A stretch of DNA of 64,000 nucleotides from Octopus sinensis (lineage: Eukaryota). Below are positions 60,159 through 64,000 of the stretch, in pieces; positions within the stretch are counted from its first letter, which is position 1; the number at the start of each line of letters is the position of its first letter. The position numbers were made by a program, and so were the translations under genes. The notes under the pieces were generated by a model. That model did no database searches. It saw nothing but the letters and a program-made list of their open reading frames with translations, and was not told the origin of the DNA. The stretch is taken from positions 107,756,001 through 107,820,000 of the forward strand of contig NC_043002.1 in NCBI RefSeq assembly GCF_006345805.1, written 5' to 3'.

Positions 60159-61089
60159 CATGAGGTGTTATCAAAAAGGTTCCTGGACTAGTTCTGTAGC
60201 ATGCCAACAGATGGCAGCACACAGTTGCTTGCGCAGTGAGAGCAAGCAGTGACCTTCATGGGGCAGTGTGCTGAGTGACATTGCTGTGTTTACTTCGCAA
60301 GTTGTGAAATTTGTCTTTCTGTGATCACGTGTGAATGCTGTAGTCTGCGATTTTGTCATGGACAGGAATGAAGAGCTGATGTGAAATTTTGCATTAAACT
60401 TGGGAAGTCTGCTGTAGAGACATTGAGCATGCTTTGGCAAACTTACGGTGATGAGGTAATGGGTTGTATGCAATGTTTTGAGGGACACAGGCATTTCAAA
60501 AGCAGTAGAATGTCTCTGGAAGATGATGAGCGATCTAGAAGACCTGCCATGAGTGTCACCCATGGAAATGCAGTATTGTGCATTGAGGATTCACCCCCAG
60601 GGACCAGACTGTCAATTGAGAGTTCTACTGTGACATTTTGAAGCATCTGAGGGAAAAAATTCAGTGAAAGTGACCAGATCTGTGGAGTGCAAAGAACTGG
60701 ATTCTTTACAATGGCAATGCACCATTATTGAGTTCTTCTCACTTATCAGTTTCTCACCAAAAAAACAACATGGTATCCCTTCCACACCTGCCCTATGCAC
60801 TAGATTCAGCACCTGCAGTCTTCCATCTCTTCTCCAAAGAAGAAAATGCAGATCAAAAGCTATCGTTTTTAACACCGTTGTCGAGATCCAGAGAGAACCA
60901 CAGAAGGTCCTCGACTTGCTTATGGAAAACAACTTCCAAGGTGGATTCCAAAAGGGGCAGGAACACAGAGGCTGGTGTATTGGTGTGCAAGGTGACTATT
61001 TCAAAGGAGATTAGGTTAACATTCAGGTAAATAAGTTATTTTTTTTATTAAACATAACTAGTCTGGGAACTTTTTGATAGCTCCTTGTA
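60159..61089 (+). mobile_element. Decayed, internally deleted mariner (third lineage, irritans-like TIR)
   Basis: TIR GAGGTGTTATCAAAAAGGTTCCTGGACTAG and its inverse at 61056-61089; KFCIKLGKSAVET, EDDERSRRP, NWILYNGNAP, LPHLPYALDSAPAVFHLF, QGDYFKGD*. Confidence 0.9.
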
Positions 61090-61497
61090 TATAATTGTGG
61101 GTTATATGTATATGTACGACAGTATGTGAATGAACTGTGTATGGGTGTAACCAAGATTTCAACCAGGGTGGGGAGGTAGATCTCAATTGTTAAAGGGGAT
61201 CCACTATTAGCCTACTAATTGATGTGAAACACAAAATTAAAATAAATGTTAGATAATAATTATATTTGCATGGAACAGAATATAGGGTACTGTGCATGTG
61301 TGTGTGAAATTAAGTGTAAACTATTATAATCAGAACACAAAGCCGAGTGTCTTGAGAAAACTGTGACTTCTCTTGAGAAAAGCCAACTTAAACGATTAAA
61401 CAAAAGAAAAGAGTGCCACACCTTTTTCTATAGTCAAAGATTTATGAAGAAGTCAGTTATGGATAAACAATCATAGCGTACGCGCACACATGTATAT

Positions 61498-61888
61498 TTT
61501 TTATCTTGTACTTGTTTCAGTCATTTAACTGTGGCCATGCTGCAGCACTGCACTGAAGGGTTTTAGCTGAACAAAGGGACTTATTTTTTAAAGCTTTGTA
61601 GTTATTCCATCACTTTTTTTTTTGCCGAACTGCTAAGTTACAGGGACATAAACACACCAACAGCAGTTGTCAAGCAGTGGTGGGGGACAAATACAAACCC
61701 ACACATACATAAATATACACACACACACAAATGGGATTCTTTCAATTTCTATCTACCAAATCCACTCACAATGCTTTGGTCAGCCCAGGGCTATAATACA
61801 AGACACTTGTTCAAATGGCATGCAGTGGGACTGAATCTGCAACCATGTGCTTGGGAAACAAACTTCTCACTACACAGTCACGCCTGTG
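61498..61888 (-). mobile_element. SINE A, strongly CpG-depleted
   Basis: Family A with most CG read as TG or CA. Confidence 0.88.
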
Positions 61889-61957
61889 CATAGAGATATA
61901 CATATATGTGTGTGTGTGTGTACATATATATATATATAATATATATATATATATATA

Positions 61958-62120
61958 GGGAGAGTTTACGAAAAAAACAAAAGACGAAGACAGGTCGTGT
62001 ACAAAACAAACAGATGTATTAGCATAACGCTCAGGAATAGAAAAAAGTCTTTTACGTTTCGAGCCTACGCTCTTCTACAGAAAGGAACACAGAAAAAAAA
62101 CAAGGAGAGAAAAAAATGTG
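61958..62120 (-). mobile_element. PLE-type remnant, family P1
   Basis: Nearly identical to 1296-1440; motif at 62049-62084; (TA)n flank. Confidence 0.7.
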
Positions 62121-62472
62121 TATAGTGGTTAGAGAGAGAGAGAGGAAGAGAGAGAGATTATGAGAGGTGATGGTGTCATTGAGACCCAAAGATGCCAGGT
62201 AATGCTGAATAAATGCTATAGATAGACCATAGTTAAGTGATTATGCGAATAAAGGGTTCAACGTTGGTCATGTGTCAGTGTGTATATACCCTTGATTCAA
62301 TAACACTGTGTATAAACTCTATACTTGGAATGACCAATTTTAAATACTAAAAAAAAAATGGATCTACAAATACAATATTCCTACATATCTCACATCTATT
62401 TTCTTTCCTCCACCTCACTCTCTATCTTGTATCTTATCTAAATTAACTATTACTTAACTATCTTCTCACACC

Positions 62473-62520
62473 GTCTCTGACGAAGGGATATAATAAATAT
62501 CCTGGAAACAGCTGTAAGAC
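62473..62520 (+). ncRNA. Candidate type I hammerhead ribozyme, best formed in the window (family P6)
   Basis: GTCT-CTGACGA-A-GGGATAT-aataa-ATATCCT-G-GAAA-CAGCTG-TA/AGAC: stem I 4 bp, stem II 7 bp, palindromic stem III ACAGCTGT, GUA site. Confidence 0.75.
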
Positions 62521-62571
62521 CTATCTATAAATGTTCTAAAATCTATTTTATCTCATTACGAAAAAAAAAAA

Positions 62572-62603
<32 letters not shown>

Positions 62604-62859
62604 AATATTAGGGAGTATAACTCCAAACTTACAGGGAAAAATTCAATTTAGTATTAAATCAAATTTCACAGTATAAATATATCAAATATAAATTAGCGAT
62701 AAAACCACTATTATTCAACTCAAACAGTGATAGACATAAACCAAAACATAAAAAACAAATAATACATATTTTTTTTATAAAACATATAACTAGATCTCAA
62801 AAAGTATAAAAATGAATAATCAATATATAATACGCATATAAATGTATGTATGTAGATAT

Positions 62860-63110
62860 GGGAGGGTAGTAATGAGGTGAGGTGTGAGAGAAATTGTAAA
62901 GAAGTCACAGATTTCAATAACCTTTCTATGGTTTTGTTCCTTTGTCGGTGAACTAAGTCTACGATGGGAAACAAGGTGAATGGCAGGTGATAGGTGAGAT
63001 TATCCAAGAAAGAAAGAAATGGTGTGGGTAGCGGAAGGGGTTGGTTTGCCGGTTGGTTGACTGATGTAACTAAAGCAGAAACTAGTAACACTGTCTGAAC
63101 ATAACTGATT
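62860..63110 (-). mobile_element. Possible decayed PLE endonuclease remnant
   Basis: YISQPTGKP...KEQNHRKVIEI loosely resembles the GIY-YIG C-terminal part. Confidence 0.3.
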
Positions 63111-63144
63111 GCTGGTTCACCAGAGAAGTACACTATGCACAAAT

Positions 63145-63925
63145 ATATTATCGTTTAACGTTCCATGTTGGCCTGGGTTAGATGGTTTCACTGAAACTGG
63201 AGAGCTGCAGCAAGTTCAAGCCTGATTTGCCATGGTTTCTACAGCTGGACGCTCTTCCTAATGCCAACCACTCCAAGAGTGCTTTTTACATGACAGTTAA
63301 TTGACACCAGCATCAGCCACAACTACAATTCCACTTGGCTTCTCAAGCACAGCACATCACCAAAGGTCTCAGTCATTAGTCATTGCCTCTGTGAGACCCA
63401 ACATTCATAGATCATACTTCACCACCTTGTCCCATGTCTTCCTGGGTATACCTCTACCAGAAGTTCCCTCCAGATTTAGCCCTTTAGTGTTTAAACCGGC
63501 CATATCAGGCCCAGATATTCCACATGTTTCATATTCAAACTGGCAATATCTAGCCTCTCACACCTACCCTACAATGTCATTCTAAAAATAAACAATCACA
63601 TCATTGAAACCTCAAAGCTATAAGATAATGCATGATTAATTCAAAACAATTTGAGTGAAAAAGTATTACATTTAACAGAGTAATCTGAACACTAAAGGGT
63701 TAGAGATTGTTGCTTCTTTACACAGCTGTCCTCATCCATACACATCACATAACCTATACCAGTACAGTTGTCTCTCTTGCACATCACATCTGATGCGTCT
63801 TATGCTCAGCTTCTTTCTCGAGACGCTTACACTCTATCGTACACGCACAATGACACTACACATCCAGCAAAGCATACTAGCTTCATTTCTTTCAACTAAA
63901 TGCATGTCCTTGGCAACATACATGC
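63145..63925 (-). mobile_element. RTE (BovB-like) LINE 3' part including the family D 3' UTR, interrupted by a MITE
   Basis: VERNEASMLCWMCSV..RIRCDVQERQL..GRGIPRKTWDKVVKYDL..LGLTEAMT..LW..AVLEK, then the family D sequence. Confidence 0.88.
63480..63699. mobile_element. piggyBac-like MITE, 220 bp, TTAG target duplication
   Basis: TIR CCCTTTAGTGTT(T/C)A at both ends; TTAG at 63476-63479 and 63700-63703. Confidence 0.75.
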
Positions 63926-64000
63926 ATTCATCTTATATTTGTAATAATGAAATCAAAATCACTATTAGCTTTGACTTTATTACAACTAGTACAACCTGAT

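Overview
A repeat-saturated, AT-rich eukaryotic window, most likely from an octopus (inferred from the SINE, RTE and Penelope repertoire and the microsatellite density). I could not identify any intact host protein-coding gene, RNA gene or CRISPR array. Nearly all ORFs in the supplied track are microsatellite or SINE read-through artefacts. Supported content: (1) more than 45 tRNA-derived SINE copies in three head families, labelled here A, B and C; (2) 5'-truncated LINE remnants from the R4/Dong, CR1-group and RTE clades; (3) three unrelated defective mariner transposons, one complete non-autonomous Helitron and several fold-back or MITE elements; (4) many Penelope-like element (PLE) remnants. 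The most interesting signal is a set of hammerhead ribozyme (HHR) motifs in at least five or six PLE-type repeat families. One family (10048-10109, minus strand; partial copy at about 15990) has its three strands in non-circularly permuted order, and several families share a non-canonical mismatch at the base of stem II. All folds were made by eye and none is tested. A few splice-site-bounded unique segments and an apparent shift to CpG-depleted repeats beyond about 39-40 kb hint at a large-intron host gene, at low confidence. One 100-N assembly gap lies at 5061-5160.
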